Part shown: in pieces, positions 47,045-56,690 of the stretch | How the letters are laid out: every line of letters begins with the position of its first letter | Numbering within the stretch: the stretch's first letter is position 1 | Assembly (NCBI GenBank): GCA_965220065.1 | Contig: OZ244804.1 | Coordinates: 5,434,346-5,498,345, forward strand | From: Candidatus Poribacteria bacterium | GTDB taxonomy: Bacteria; Poribacteria; WGA-4E; WGA-3G | Direction of reading: 5' to 3' | Length of the DNA stretch: 64,000 bases | The notes under the pieces: generated by a model | The model's database searches: none | Told to the model about the DNA's origin: nothing | What the model saw: only the letters and a program-made list of their open reading frames with translations | Position numbers and translations under genes: made by a program

Positions 47045-47839
47045 TTATTTTCGTTTCAAGAGACTGTCCAAAGGGGTATATTCATTCTCTTGAGGTAACT
47101 CCGAAACAATAACGCGCCCGTTCCGTTTGAAGAGTTTATACGCCTTCGCATTTGGCACCGAGGCAAGCACACGGTAATGGTTTCCAACAATCTCAATCGC
47201 GGCGTTATTGTCACATGCAATTCCGATACCACCTCGTTTATCAATCATTTTTGAGAAGGCATCTTCCCGCTTCTCGAAATGGTAATGCGGACAATATACA
47301 GCATTGATGAATCCCAATCCACTCACACGGATATAGTCCCACTCTACGTTGCTGGAGAAGGAACGAGAATCACTGCAACCGTATTTGAACCAGCAAATCG
47401 CGCCTGCGCTGAGACCCGACAGAACAATACCACGAGACGCGGCTTCTGCTAACACCGTATCCAACCCCAACCGCCGCCATATTTTCATCATCCTGTAGGT
47501 GTTTCCGCCACCGACATAAATCAGATCTGACTCCAACACCAACGCTGACATTTTCTCAAACGCCGGAGGATTCTGAATCAGGTTGAGGATGCGCGTTTGA
47601 CACCCGAAATGCTCACCGTAGCATGCCTCGAAGGTCTCTACGTATCCAGCGGCGTCACCGCTGGCGGTCGGAATAAAGAGTGCCTTTGGTCGTTCTTTGC
47701 CGGTCAACTCAATGATGCGTTTGTCGATGTCGGCGGTTTCCAGCATTTTAAGTTCTCCACCACCGATCGCAACAATTTTTCTGGCTGTGTTCACCAAATC
47801 ATCTCCGAAAGGGTTCCTACGTGTATTGGTTAGAAACAC
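47045..47839 (-). CDS. pepE: Peptidase E (S51 family)
   Basis: IVAIGGG, FIPTASGD, IYVGGGNT, GLSAG nucleophile, CPHY; probable start near 47791 (GTG). Confidence 0.9.
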   Translation of the reverse strand: MFLTNTRRNPFGDDLVNTARKIVAIGGGELKMLETADIDKRIIELTGKERPKALFIPTASGDAAGYVETFEACYGEHFGCQTRILNLIQNPPAFEKMSALVLESDLIYVGGGNTYRMMKIWRRLGLDTVLAEAASRGIVLSGLSAGAICWFKYGCSDSRSFSSNVEWDYIRVSGLGFINAVYCPHYHFEKREDAFSKMIDKRGGIGIACDNNAAIEIVGNHYRVLASVPNAKAYKLFKRNGRVIVSELPQENEYTPLDSLLKRK

Positions 47840-47984
47840 TCAATTCTATTGCGTCTGCTAAGCATTCATGATAACATATCTCTTGAGATTGTGCAACAGC
47901 GACGGAAGGTTTTTAATTATTCCTTGCGGTTAGAGAGCGTGACGTTGGACTTTGAGGTTTCTTTCTGAAATCCGCTCTTCATGC

Positions 47985-48022
47985 GCAAGCCGCGTGTGGG
48001 CTTGCGGGACAATACGAGCTAC
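47985..48022 (-). repeat. GTAG-footed REP-like repeat
   Basis: Minus strand GTAGCTCGTATTGTCCCGCAAGCCCACACGCGGCTTGC; partner copy at 23952. Confidence 0.75.
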
Positions 48023-48050
48023 GGGCTGAGTGATATAAGGAGATCAATTA

Positions 48051-48941
48051 ATGGCAGATCAGAAAATTAAGACCGCTTATGAGCAGGACGGTTATGTGGT
48101 AGTTAAGGATCTTATCGATGATCGGGACTTAGAGCCGATTCGCGACTTTATCAAGGCGAAGGTTGATACGTATAGCCGTGAGCTACATAGTGAAGGAAAG
48201 CTATCGTCGCGCTACGAAAATGAGTCATTTGAGCGGCGTTATGCGGCGATCTGCGAAGAGTTGGATATATTACCCCGCAACTGGTCTTTTGGTATGTATG
48301 GACGTGAGTTTTACGACCTCTACAATCTCCCTGGTGTTCTGGATGTGCTTCGTCTTCTTTTGGGTCCTGAAGTCTCGAATATAGGCACGCCTGCGTTACG
48401 GACGAAACTCCCAGGAAGCGTGATTACTTCGTTTCCATGGCACCAAGACAGCCAATATTTGGACCAGTCGACGATCGGGAAGAAGGAGAAACACACAGGC
48501 GGTCTCCACATGGTTACGGTATGGGTGCCGCTAGTGGAGGCGACAGTCGAAAATGGATGTTGCTGGGTGATTCCGGGGAGTCACCGTTGGGGTTTGCTGG
48601 ACGGTGCGCGCGGTGCGGATTCAAACGTCCGGATGGAAGAGGATGTTGAGACACGTGGCACGCCAGTGCCTATCCCTCTCAAACCCGGTGGTGCTTTGTT
48701 CATGTCGAACCTCTGCGTACACACCAGCAAAGTGAACACGACGCGAAAATCCCGTTGGAGTATCGACTTCCGCTACTTTCCCACACCCGACCGAGCAGAC
48801 TTGACTGCCGAAGTGCGCGAAGCCGCCGAATTCGTGAAAACTAAAGCTTTGAGAGGCAGTCGGGTGCCGCTTGTCGTTCTCACTGAAGGTCGTAAGCCGA
48901 CGTGGGAAGAGTGGGACGCAGCGCATCGTAAATTGGATTGA
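48051..48941 (+). CDS. Phytanoyl-CoA dioxygenase (PhyH) family protein
   Basis: YEQDGYVVV, FPWHQD, TVWVPL..AT.ENGC..VIPGSH, VHTS.VN....RWSIDFRY. Confidence 0.92.
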   Translation: MADQKIKTAYEQDGYVVVKDLIDDRDLEPIRDFIKAKVDTYSRELHSEGKLSSRYENESFERRYAAICEELDILPRNWSFGMYGREFYDLYNLPGVLDVLRLLLGPEVSNIGTPALRTKLPGSVITSFPWHQDSQYLDQSTIGKKEKHTGGLHMVTVWVPLVEATVENGCCWVIPGSHRWGLLDGARGADSNVRMEEDVETRGTPVPIPLKPGGALFMSNLCVHTSKVNTTRKSRWSIDFRYFPTPDRADLTAEVREAAEFVKTKALRGSRVPLVVLTEGRKPTWEEWDAAHRKLD

Positions 48942-49158
48942 ATGGGTGTGAACCGAACGCTATTCAGGGAACTTCAGCTACCTTTGTAACGGTTTGTTGA
49001 CTATGTTGTGTTTACACTTGAAAGTGTATTGACATTCTCGGATGACCCATCTGGTTGGGATTGAGCAGGCACTATAACGACGTTTGATGCCACTACTCGT
49101 CCAGGCTAACCTAATACCATTTCTGAATAAACGTTTCTCATTAGCGAAAAAACCGTTC

Positions 49159-49182
49159 GTAGTGGCGCAATTCATTGCGCCT
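49159..49182 (+). repeat. GTAG-type REP
   Basis: GTAGT-GGCGCAAT-TC-ATTGCGCC. Confidence 0.8.
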
Positions 49183-49187
49183 GTTAC

Positions 49188-49262
49188 ATGCAGAAACTTC
49201 CTAGTGCACGCGACCCTGAAGGCAGTTTCGGTTTCCGATGTGTGAAAGATGTGATCCCCTAA
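49188..49262 (+). pseudogene. C-terminal remnant of an FGE-sulfatase-fold gene
   Basis: MQKLPSARDPEGSFGFRCVKDVIP-stop; GFRC is the terminal motif of this fold. The stop lies in a 12-nt tandem duplication GTGATCCC(C/T)TAA. Confidence 0.55.
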
Positions 49263-49299
49263 GTGATCCCTTAAGTGCTGACCTTATCAAATACTGTAT

Positions 49300-51168
49300 T
49301 CACTCCCAAGTCGCGTCTTGCATCAAACTGGCTTGAAGATTGAAGAGTTGCGCGTAAAGTCCGCCAGTTTTCATCAACTGCTCGTGTTTACCTTGCTCTG
49401 TTATCTTACCACCGTCTAATACAATAATCCAATCGGCATTGATGGTTGCCGCTAATCGGTGCGTAATAAAAAGCGTCGTCACGCCGGACATCATTTCCTT
49501 TAGTTTCATGAATAATTCATATTCTGCTCTCGGATCAAGCGCAGCAGAGGGCTCGTCGAGCATGAAGAAACTTCCTTGCTTTGCCAATGCTCTGGCGAGT
49601 CCAACTTTTTTCCATTGTCCGCCGGAAAGCTCCGTGCCACCAAACTCTTTTGATAAAATCTCAGAAAGCCGATTCGCATCAATTTCCGTTGATGGTGCAA
49701 ATCCAGCCTCATCCAAAACTCGTACGACATCCCTATCAGATCCTTGACCGAGTAGCACATTCTCAGCAAGCGTCAAGGCATACTGGCTCGAATCTTGAAA
49801 TAAGACTTTCGTATGTTTGAACCATTCTGAAGTGTTAGCAGAAGAAAGCGGAACGCCGTTAACGAGGACTTGTCCCTGTGTTGGTGGGTATAATCCGATA
49901 GCCATCTTCGCGATCGTGCTTTTACCTGCAGCATTCTCACCAACAAGTGCTGTCATCTTGCCCGGTTGTAACTCCAAGTTGATATCTTTCACAGCAAATG
50001 TATCCGATCCCGGATACTGAAACGAAACCCCTTTAAAAGTAATCGTTGGCAGCTTTCTGTTCTTCAGAAGATCGGGCATTTGTGAGGCACTGCTTTCGCT
50101 TTCTTCCGCTGGGATTTCCATTTTCAGAACCCTTCGGATGCTCAATACATACAATCCATGCTCGAACAACGAAGATATCCCAACAAAAACCCGATACGCA
50201 GTGCTCTGTGTGCTGGTAACCGCCTGAATGTACATGGCTATCATACCAACCGTCACGGTTCCAGCCTCAATTGACTGCAAGACCATGAACAGCACAAGTA
50301 CAAAACCCGCCGCCATACACAACCCACCTGCAATTTGATAAACCATTCGCTTAAGACTTTGACGACGCTCCGCGGTGAACCAAGTCCTAAAAACTTGACT
50401 GTATTTTTCAAAAAGCCAATGCATTGCATTCCAAATACGGAGTTCTCTACAGGTTGTTCTACCCGACCAGATCCCTGATAAAAAACCCATCTTTCTCCGA
50501 AGAATTGACAATCTCTCGGTCAGTTCCCAACTCTGTTTGATAATGTGTTGATCTAAAAGGATATATGGGAGTGTAATCGCAACGACGGCTACCGCTAACC
50601 AAGGGCTTAACTGACTCAATAGCACGAACATCGACCCAAACATGACTAAATCGCTGCCTAAATCAATAGTCGCTGTAAAAATTTGTGGGATCCGATCTTT
50701 TGTGCCGTTAGCCATCTCCAAATTATTATAAATCTCCGCGGATTCAAGTGAAATATAGGGCAGTTTTGAGGTCTTTTCCATCAGATCCATCGTAATATCA
50801 TTCAGCAGATGGTTCGACAAGACACCACCAAGCCAACCCCGGAGCGGTGTAATAAGCCGTTGCACCGCAAAGAGCCCCCCTTGCAGCCCAAACACAAGAC
50901 CGACCTCTCTAAGTGTCGCTGTTCCTTGAACGTAGTCAACTGACCGGTCAACAACTTTACTAAAAATGTAAAGGCTCGCAACCGGTTGCAGACTTAAAAT
51001 CAGAGCCATGAAGATCATAGATGTAGCCAAGAAAAAATGCCTCCGTAATACGATCCCTAATACCCAAAAAATCGCTATGAGTCGACGCAAGACATTGGTA
51101 CTTTCCATGGATATGTTCCCCTTTTTTTCGACAGATGGATACCTGTCAAATGCCGTTACTGCTTCCAA
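49300..51168 (-). CDS. ABC exporter, fused permease + ATPase
   Basis: Six TM-like segments; Walker A GENAAGKST, LSGGQW, Walker B MLDEP, ITHRL; probable start ~51109. Confidence 0.93.
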   Translation of the reverse strand: MEAVTAFDRYPSVEKKGNISMESTNVLRRLIAIFWVLGIVLRRHFFLATSMIFMALILSLQPVASLYIFSKVVDRSVDYVQGTATLREVGLVFGLQGGLFAVQRLITPLRGWLGGVLSNHLLNDITMDLMEKTSKLPYISLESAEIYNNLEMANGTKDRIPQIFTATIDLGSDLVMFGSMFVLLSQLSPWLAVAVVAITLPYILLDQHIIKQSWELTERLSILRRKMGFLSGIWSGRTTCRELRIWNAMHWLFEKYSQVFRTWFTAERRQSLKRMVYQIAGGLCMAAGFVLVLFMVLQSIEAGTVTVGMIAMYIQAVTSTQSTAYRVFVGISSLFEHGLYVLSIRRVLKMEIPAEESESSASQMPDLLKNRKLPTITFKGVSFQYPGSDTFAVKDINLELQPGKMTALVGENAAGKSTIAKMAIGLYPPTQGQVLVNGVPLSSANTSEWFKHTKVLFQDSSQYALTLAENVLLGQGSDRDVVRVLDEAGFAPSTEIDANRLSEILSKEFGGTELSGGQWKKVGLARALAKQGSFFMLDEPSAALDPRAEYELFMKLKEMMSGVTTLFITHRLAATINADWIIVLDGGKITEQGKHEQLMKTGGLYAQLFNLQASLMQDATWE

Positions 51169-51217
51169 AAAAACCGTGTTTTATAGTAAATTCCATAATT
51201 ACGTCAACACTTTTAGT

Positions 51218-51274
51218 GTAGCGTAGACTGTGAGTCTGCGTGCGAAAGAGGCACAAACTAACAGTTTATGCTAC
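51218..51274. repeat. Inverted GTAG-REP doublet (REPIN)
   Basis: GTAGCGTAGACTGTGAGTCTGCG on plus; GTAGCATAAACTGTTAGTTTGTG on minus. Confidence 0.8.
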
Positions 51275-51629
51275 ATCCGTCAACCTATTTTTCGACGTTA
51301 CTATAAAAGCCAGAGAATGAAGACGATCAATTATGATACCTCTTTATAATTAGAGACACGACTTTGGGTGAAAAGGGTGCATAATGCAGAATATAAACAC
51401 TTACTGGAACTACAAGATGACATCCCGTGAGATTTGAACCCGATGCTCACGATGCCCAAATTGTTCGCAAGAGGCCTCTCTTGCTCTTATTTTAGCACAT
51501 AATATTCAAAGTTCAACAAGTTACACGGAGGTGAAAGCGCAAAGCCTGCGACACTGCGGCGTGAAGTGACCCGATATAACAAGATGGTGGGTGTTGGTTG
51601 TGAGCGGCAGGCACAAGGGGAGTGTAAAG

Positions 51630-51747
51630 TTTCAGAGTATTCAGAGTAAAATCGGAAAATTGTCAGGTTTGACAAGAGGCTAAAAAGCCACGCCCTGACA
51701 GGGTTTTGAGCGTTTTTTTCAAAGGTTCTTGGAGATTTACTCTGAAA
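51630..51747. mobile_element. MITE-like element with terminal inverted repeats
   Basis: TTTCAGAGTA and TCAGAGTAAAATC (51630-51653) versus GATTTACTCTGAAA (51734-51747); no ORF inside. Confidence 0.5.
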
Positions 51748-51908
51748 TTGTATCGGTCGCGATCAGGAGGGTACGCCCCATACAGTAAGAGGACGTGGGT
51801 GTGTATCCTGATTATCACAACCTGCTGTCCTTAAGTCGTGCGATTGTACAGCATTCGACGAGTCCGACTTTGGCATAACGCGCCGCTGGCGATGGTAGTT
51901 CAAAAGAC

Positions 51909-53282
51909 TCACACATCATAGCGCGCGAAAGATAGAAATGCTCCCATAAAGAAGACCACATTGAATAGAAACAGGAGTAGGATGTCCAAACTCGCTTCGG
52001 CAAACGAGGTGGAAAAATCGGAAGGGGTATCGTCAAATTTTGGAATCTTATCCAGGCTGATTTGCGTCTCCCTCAATTTCTGTCTTTCCGCATCTTCAAG
52101 AAAAACATTGGGATTGCAAGGGTATTCTTCGTATGTAAACTGTAGGAGGCGGTGCCGATATTCAATCGCCTTTTTGAAAAACTGCTCGTAATGTTTAATG
52201 CCGGTACCGACCAACGCCTCACAACCGATTTGATAGATTGCCGTTGGGGATATACGGGATATATTCTGCGCCAGTTTCACTTGATAGAGTTGTTGTTGGC
52301 GGTATTCATTGTAGATTGATTGCTGGGCATCGGCTATTTTGGCAGAACGGGTCAAAGGTTCGCCGAGCGACCAGTGTGCGCTAAATCTACCTTCGCCGTA
52401 TCGCTTACGGATCTCGTGCGTCGTATCATTTGCCCGTCTGGCGATCGTTTCCTCATCAGGGAGTTCCGCCAATCGACTTGCCAGCAATCCGCCTGTCCTC
52501 GGGATAAACACCACAAAACACACCCAAACCAAAAGGAGGAGGACGAGGCTGACCGATGAGGCTCTCGTTAAGCAGGAGATGAACAGCCCAAGTGTAGCGA
52601 AAACAGAAATATAGAGGACTGAAAACAGGACGATGCCTCCAATCTGCAACCAATAGGTCGACTCAAAAGGCACAATGCCGAAAAGGGAGATGATGAGGGT
52701 GTTCATACAAATCCCGATGATCAAAGGAATCGCGAGGCTGATGATTGTGCCGATGTATTTCCCGAATAGTAGGGTTGCGCGAGGCAGCGAATTGGAAAGA
52801 CAGAGGCGGAGTGTTCCTGTTTCCCTCTCACCTGAGACGCTGTCATAGGTCATCGCAAACGCCGCAAAACTCAAAATAACGCCGACGGTAAACACCCAAT
52901 CCAATGCGTCGAATCTCTGGAGTGTGTAGTTTCTCCGTAGGAGCGTTTGGGGACCAGCGAGTTCAAACGCATCCACTGCAAAGGCGTTCGGTAAGTCTTT
53001 TTCATGCCCTTCAGCAATGAATCCCAATGGACTTGGTGAACGATATATGAGCAGGTTTGGTCCGAAACTGACTACAGCGTGTAAACCTTTCTTCGCTTTC
53101 TCTTTCAGAATATCCATGTTTTCACTGACATTTTCACCGTAATCTGCAACCTGTTGGCGGTAGTCGAGGATATACAGGACACTTCCCATCAACATTAAGA
53201 CGATTACCAGAAGCAACGTCAGGACGAAACGAAGACTCTGTAGATGATCTAAAAGTTCTCTCCAGATAATTTCATGTAGCAT
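51909..53282 (-). CDS. ABC-2 type transporter permease subunit
   Basis: I.WRELLDHLQS.RF, YDSVSGERETGTL.L.LSN, GKYIG, RISP..IY; paralogue of the next gene. Confidence 0.85.
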   Translation of the reverse strand: MLHEIIWRELLDHLQSLRFVLTLLLVIVLMLMGSVLYILDYRQQVADYGENVSENMDILKEKAKKGLHAVVSFGPNLLIYRSPSPLGFIAEGHEKDLPNAFAVDAFELAGPQTLLRRNYTLQRFDALDWVFTVGVILSFAAFAMTYDSVSGERETGTLRLCLSNSLPRATLLFGKYIGTIISLAIPLIIGICMNTLIISLFGIVPFESTYWLQIGGIVLFSVLYISVFATLGLFISCLTRASSVSLVLLLLVWVCFVVFIPRTGGLLASRLAELPDEETIARRANDTTHEIRKRYGEGRFSAHWSLGEPLTRSAKIADAQQSIYNEYRQQQLYQVKLAQNISRISPTAIYQIGCEALVGTGIKHYEQFFKKAIEYRHRLLQFTYEEYPCNPNVFLEDAERQKLRETQISLDKIPKFDDTPSDFSTSFAEASLDILLLFLFNVVFFMGAFLSFARYDV

Positions 53283-53286
53283 CTTA

Positions 53287-54825
53287 TCACCTCACCTCGC
53301 TTTTCAGGAACATCGCTCCGGTAATCAGAAACAGCAGGATGTTGAGAAAAATCAGGTAGACTAAATCTGGGAAAGCACCTCCGAGAGCGACGTTTCCCCA
53401 CGTGGTTCCACTGGTAAAGGCAGGCATGCCACTTGAGTCGAGCGGTGCCACGTCCTCCCATTCTTTCGGTGTGACGTTTTTGAAAAACGCGTCCTCGTCC
53501 GATGCTACGAGTCCAGCTTGTGAGGGCATATCGTTGAGATTGACAGGCGTGAACCAGCTGATACTTGAGAAAGCACCTTGTTCTTGCATGTATGCCATCA
53601 GTGCCTTTCGGTAATCCTGTGCTTGATGGATGAACCGCTCATGTCGCCGTAAATCCGTGCCGGACAGACCCGCGGAAAGGTTATAGTAAATCCATGCAGG
53701 AGAAAGTCTGGAAAGGGTTTCAGCCAAAACGGTCTGTCTTTTCAGCGAACGGTAGTATCCCTGATAGAGGTTTCCGATTTGCTCTGCGTATTCGATGCGC
53801 TGTGGAATGTAAAATTTGGCACCGTCGAGATACCAGAGCATCGCTTCTCTGGATGCTGTTAGCACTTGGAAAGCAAATGGCAGATTTCCGCTGACCACGC
53901 CGTATCCTGTTGCAAAATACGAACTACTTCGATGCGCTACGCCGTAATCCATGATTTTCTCCCAAAACGCTATCTCGATTGCCGCGCGCTCTATATTAAC
54001 CACCGATTTGGAGGGTATCGGTCGAACCTGTTTTGCAATATACACCGCACCGTTTGGGATGATGAACACAATCACAATCCAGAGGAATAGCAACCAGACG
54101 AGTGCCCGCGCTGACCGCTGGGTGATTGCTGAAATTAGCATTGAAAGCAGGAAAAAGACGGAAAGATATAACGCCAAAGCCGCGAACAGTAGAGCGAACC
54201 GGTTCCATTCAGCGATGTGAAATTCTATCATCGGGTTTGTACTTATCAATATAGCCGCGGCTATCCAGCCGATCGCGAGTGGCACCAGAAGACTTGCCAT
54301 CCCACCGAGATATTTCCCAATCAGAATATGATATTTCGACACTGGGTTTGATGTGATAAGTGCGAGTGTCCCGCTTTCACGCTCACCACAGATGACATCG
54401 TAAGCGATCGAAATCACAAATAGGCTGAACGCAATCTGAACCATGAGCACTGCGTCAACAGCGGAAAAAACGTTCAGAAGTGGGTTGCCACCGCCGAGTA
54501 TTTTCGCCTCTATCGGGACATCTTCGTAGGAGACCTTTAATGTGCTTCCGAGTTGCCTCTCCATCCCTAAGCAGATAACGCTTAAAGGTTCAGGTGGTTT
54601 TACCACGTCTACCCGCAGGTGCGAATAAACCTTCACGTCTTCAAGCGCATCCCGGTATTCAATCTCTGCCGCATTGTGTACGCTGAGTCGCTTTTCGTAA
54701 TCCTCCATCAGAACATACGTACTGGTGACGAAAAGCGCGAGGCAGACGATTAACCCGATGAGTAGACGGAGGGAAACGATGTTTTCTGTGAACTCTCTTT
54801 TGGCAATTACCCAGATGAGGGACAT
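53287..54825 (-). CDS. ABC-2 type transporter permease subunit
   Basis: IAKREFTENIVS.R, YDVICGERESGTL, GKYLGG, RLSP..IY. Confidence 0.85.
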   Translation of the reverse strand: MSLIWVIAKREFTENIVSLRLLIGLIVCLALFVTSTYVLMEDYEKRLSVHNAAEIEYRDALEDVKVYSHLRVDVVKPPEPLSVICLGMERQLGSTLKVSYEDVPIEAKILGGGNPLLNVFSAVDAVLMVQIAFSLFVISIAYDVICGERESGTLALITSNPVSKYHILIGKYLGGMASLLVPLAIGWIAAAILISTNPMIEFHIAEWNRFALLFAALALYLSVFFLLSMLISAITQRSARALVWLLFLWIVIVFIIPNGAVYIAKQVRPIPSKSVVNIERAAIEIAFWEKIMDYGVAHRSSSYFATGYGVVSGNLPFAFQVLTASREAMLWYLDGAKFYIPQRIEYAEQIGNLYQGYYRSLKRQTVLAETLSRLSPAWIYYNLSAGLSGTDLRRHERFIHQAQDYRKALMAYMQEQGAFSSISWFTPVNLNDMPSQAGLVASDEDAFFKNVTPKEWEDVAPLDSSGMPAFTSGTTWGNVALGGAFPDLVYLIFLNILLFLITGAMFLKSEVR

Positions 54826-54863
54826 CTAACAGTCTCCAATTAGTGGTGAGAAAAGTGAGCGGT

Positions 54864-55331
54864 TTAGTTTTGGGATTGTGCCTTCACTGCTTCCGCGACG
54901 AGTGTCTCCAAATTTTTCCCTCTCGCTTTATGTGTAATTAATCTGCCTTCCCTATCAATGAGCCACATTTCAGGAACACCAGAGATATCATACTGTTGTA
55001 AAAGTGAATACGCTGGCGTGTCGAAAATTTGTCGCCACCGAATGCCGTTTATTTTAATGTAGTTACGCAGCATAGTGTAACTACGCAGTATCGCTTCTTC
55101 ACTATCAAGGTTGACCCCAATAATATCGAATCCCGCATCTTTATAGGTATCGTAAACTTTCTTGAAATTTGGCATTTCCGCGGTGCAAGAATCGTTCTGC
55201 ACCTCCCAAAAATGAAGTAGGGTGACTTTTCCACGATACTCTTGAAGTGAAATCGGATTCCCATCAAAGTCAATCACAGAAAAGTCAGAGACAGGCTTTG
55301 TCATCGGCGGGACAGATGAAGACATGTGCAT
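54864..55331 (-). CDS. TlpA/ResA-like thioredoxin-fold protein with NxxC instead of CxxC
   Basis: DF...D.DG..ISL.EYRGKV.LL.FW, C..EMP, F.IIGVNLD, GVP..WLIDREG; active site WEVQNDSC. Confidence 0.8.
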   Translation of the reverse strand: MHMSSSVPPMTKPVSDFSVIDFDGNPISLQEYRGKVTLLHFWEVQNDSCTAEMPNFKKVYDTYKDAGFDIIGVNLDSEEAILRSYTMLRNYIKINGIRWRQIFDTPAYSLLQQYDISGVPEMWLIDREGRLITHKARGKNLETLVAEAVKAQSQN

Positions 55332-55404
55332 CTGTCAAGTATTTCGGATGAAGATCCGAGAGCTATTTCGGAAACTATGCTTGCACATCATTCAAATCGC
55401 GAGT

Positions 55405-55833
55405 CTATTCATCAAGTTCTTCTTGTGTCGGTACCTTCTGTTTGGCCGCCTTTTCAAACATCGATTGAAGACTCACCAGAGATGTCGCAATTGATTCCAG
55501 TGCCTCTACTTCGCGGATCCGAAGTTCATCTTCCTCCGAGACGGATGTCTCAAGTTGGTTTAACCCAGCCTTTGCGTTTGACTCAGTCTCGTCTGACTCA
55601 ACCTTGTTTGACTTAGCCTCTCTTGGCGCAGAAGTGCTGACGGAAAGGTCATTGACGTATCGGGAACGCAAATGTATTTTGAGAGTCTCCTGTAACTCAA
55701 TAATCTCTGGATCATTCAGAGCCTTCTGAACCACACTGCGGTGTATACCGGTAGCCTCCGCTATCTGGTTCACAGACGGTTGTCTCAGCGACTCCTGCGC
55801 TATACGTAATTTCTCCTCGTAAGAAATCAACAT
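55405..55833 (-). CDS. Hypothetical protein with N-terminal helix-turn-helix
   Basis: PSVNQIAEATGIHRSVVQKAL; GGAGG RBS; consensus promoter upstream. Confidence 0.65.
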   Translation of the reverse strand: MLISYEEKLRIAQESLRQPSVNQIAEATGIHRSVVQKALNDPEIIELQETLKIHLRSRYVNDLSVSTSAPREAKSNKVESDETESNAKAGLNQLETSVSEEDELRIREVEALESIATSLVSLQSMFEKAAKQKVPTQEELDE

Positions 55834-55882
55834 TTCTCATTTCCTCCTTGTCATTTTATGCCATATTCTGTTGTATTTTGTA

Positions 55883-55911
55883 ATTATAACACATAAAATA
55901 TCAAATATCAA
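55883..55911 (-). promoter_or_regulatory. sigma70 promoter
   Basis: TTGATA, 17 bp, TG-n-TATAAT on the minus strand. Confidence 0.7.
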
Positions 55912-56046
55912 TAAAAAATTATATTTTTTGACATATTATGACAATTTTTGCCACATTTTTCTTAATCGGTGTAAAATGCCAAATACTATCCGCTTGGACA
56001 CTTTCAATGTCTAATTCTCCTGATTTCTCACTTTTTTTCCCGATCA

Positions 56047-56071
56047 GGTGCGGTTGTGAAACCGCACCTAC
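56047..56071 (-). repeat. GTAG-type REP
   Basis: Minus strand GTAG-GTGCGGTT-TCAC-AACCGCACC. Confidence 0.8.
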
Positions 56072-56144
56072 CGGGTTTGGGGTAAAAATCGGACTGAAAG
56101 ATGGAGAACTGAATGGCTCTGCCACTTCTTATGTCGAGTTTACG

Positions 56145-56672
56145 TTAAAAATAGGCATGTATGCCCATTCCTACGTAAACACCAGCGATCCCTTTAGATT
56201 GTAATTCGGTTTTTTCCCTACCAAACCCTTGACCGACGCCTATGTTCAAACCGAGCGGAATCCCTCCGAGTGAGAACACAAGTTCGCCTCCAAAAGCGAG
56301 TCCACCGCCTAACGTCGTAGATTTGACGATTTCGTCACGTAAATCCGGCTCTTTTTTATATCGCCATCCGCCTTCTAAGGTGAAATAGAGTCGGGATCTG
56401 TGCCACCTACCGTGGTGCTCGAATATGGCGTACGAAACGCCGCCTCCTAACATGTGGTCGCTGTTCTGGTCGTTGAGAATAAAGCGTCCAACGGTTTGAA
56501 GGTATACGGGTGCCAGTCCAGTATAACGAAAACTAACGCCACCAAATTCAGAGGTGGCTCCCTGAAGTCCAATACCAAAATTCTTGGTGAGGTCGGGCTC
56601 TTGCGCCTGAACCGAGAAACTGAGGGTTAATCCTGCCAAAATGCAGATTAGGCAAAAAACTGTGCGTGTCAT
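56145..56672 (-). CDS. Putative small outer-membrane beta-barrel protein
   Basis: Signal peptide, Gly/aromatic alternating beta-strands, C-terminal aromatic ending GIHAYF. Confidence 0.6.
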   Translation of the reverse strand: MTRTVFCLICILAGLTLSFSVQAQEPDLTKNFGIGLQGATSEFGGVSFRYTGLAPVYLQTVGRFILNDQNSDHMLGGGVSYAIFEHHGRWHRSRLYFTLEGGWRYKKEPDLRDEIVKSTTLGGGLAFGGELVFSLGGIPLGLNIGVGQGFGREKTELQSKGIAGVYVGMGIHAYF

Positions 56673-56690
56673 TGTTTTTCTCCTTTTTGT

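Noticed and set aside
48978-49175. 65-aa minus ORF beginning MNCATTNG
   Set aside because: Its start is the translation of the REP at 49159; no RBS or recognisable motif.
49300-51900. RiPP/lantibiotic cluster around the ABC exporter
   Set aside because: No precursor-like peptide or modification enzyme found; the Cys-containing tail of ORF 51815-52036 overlaps the permease stop and looks spurious.
55170-55200. Selenocysteine recoding in the TlpA active site
   Set aside because: The codon at the first Cys position is AAC, not TGA.
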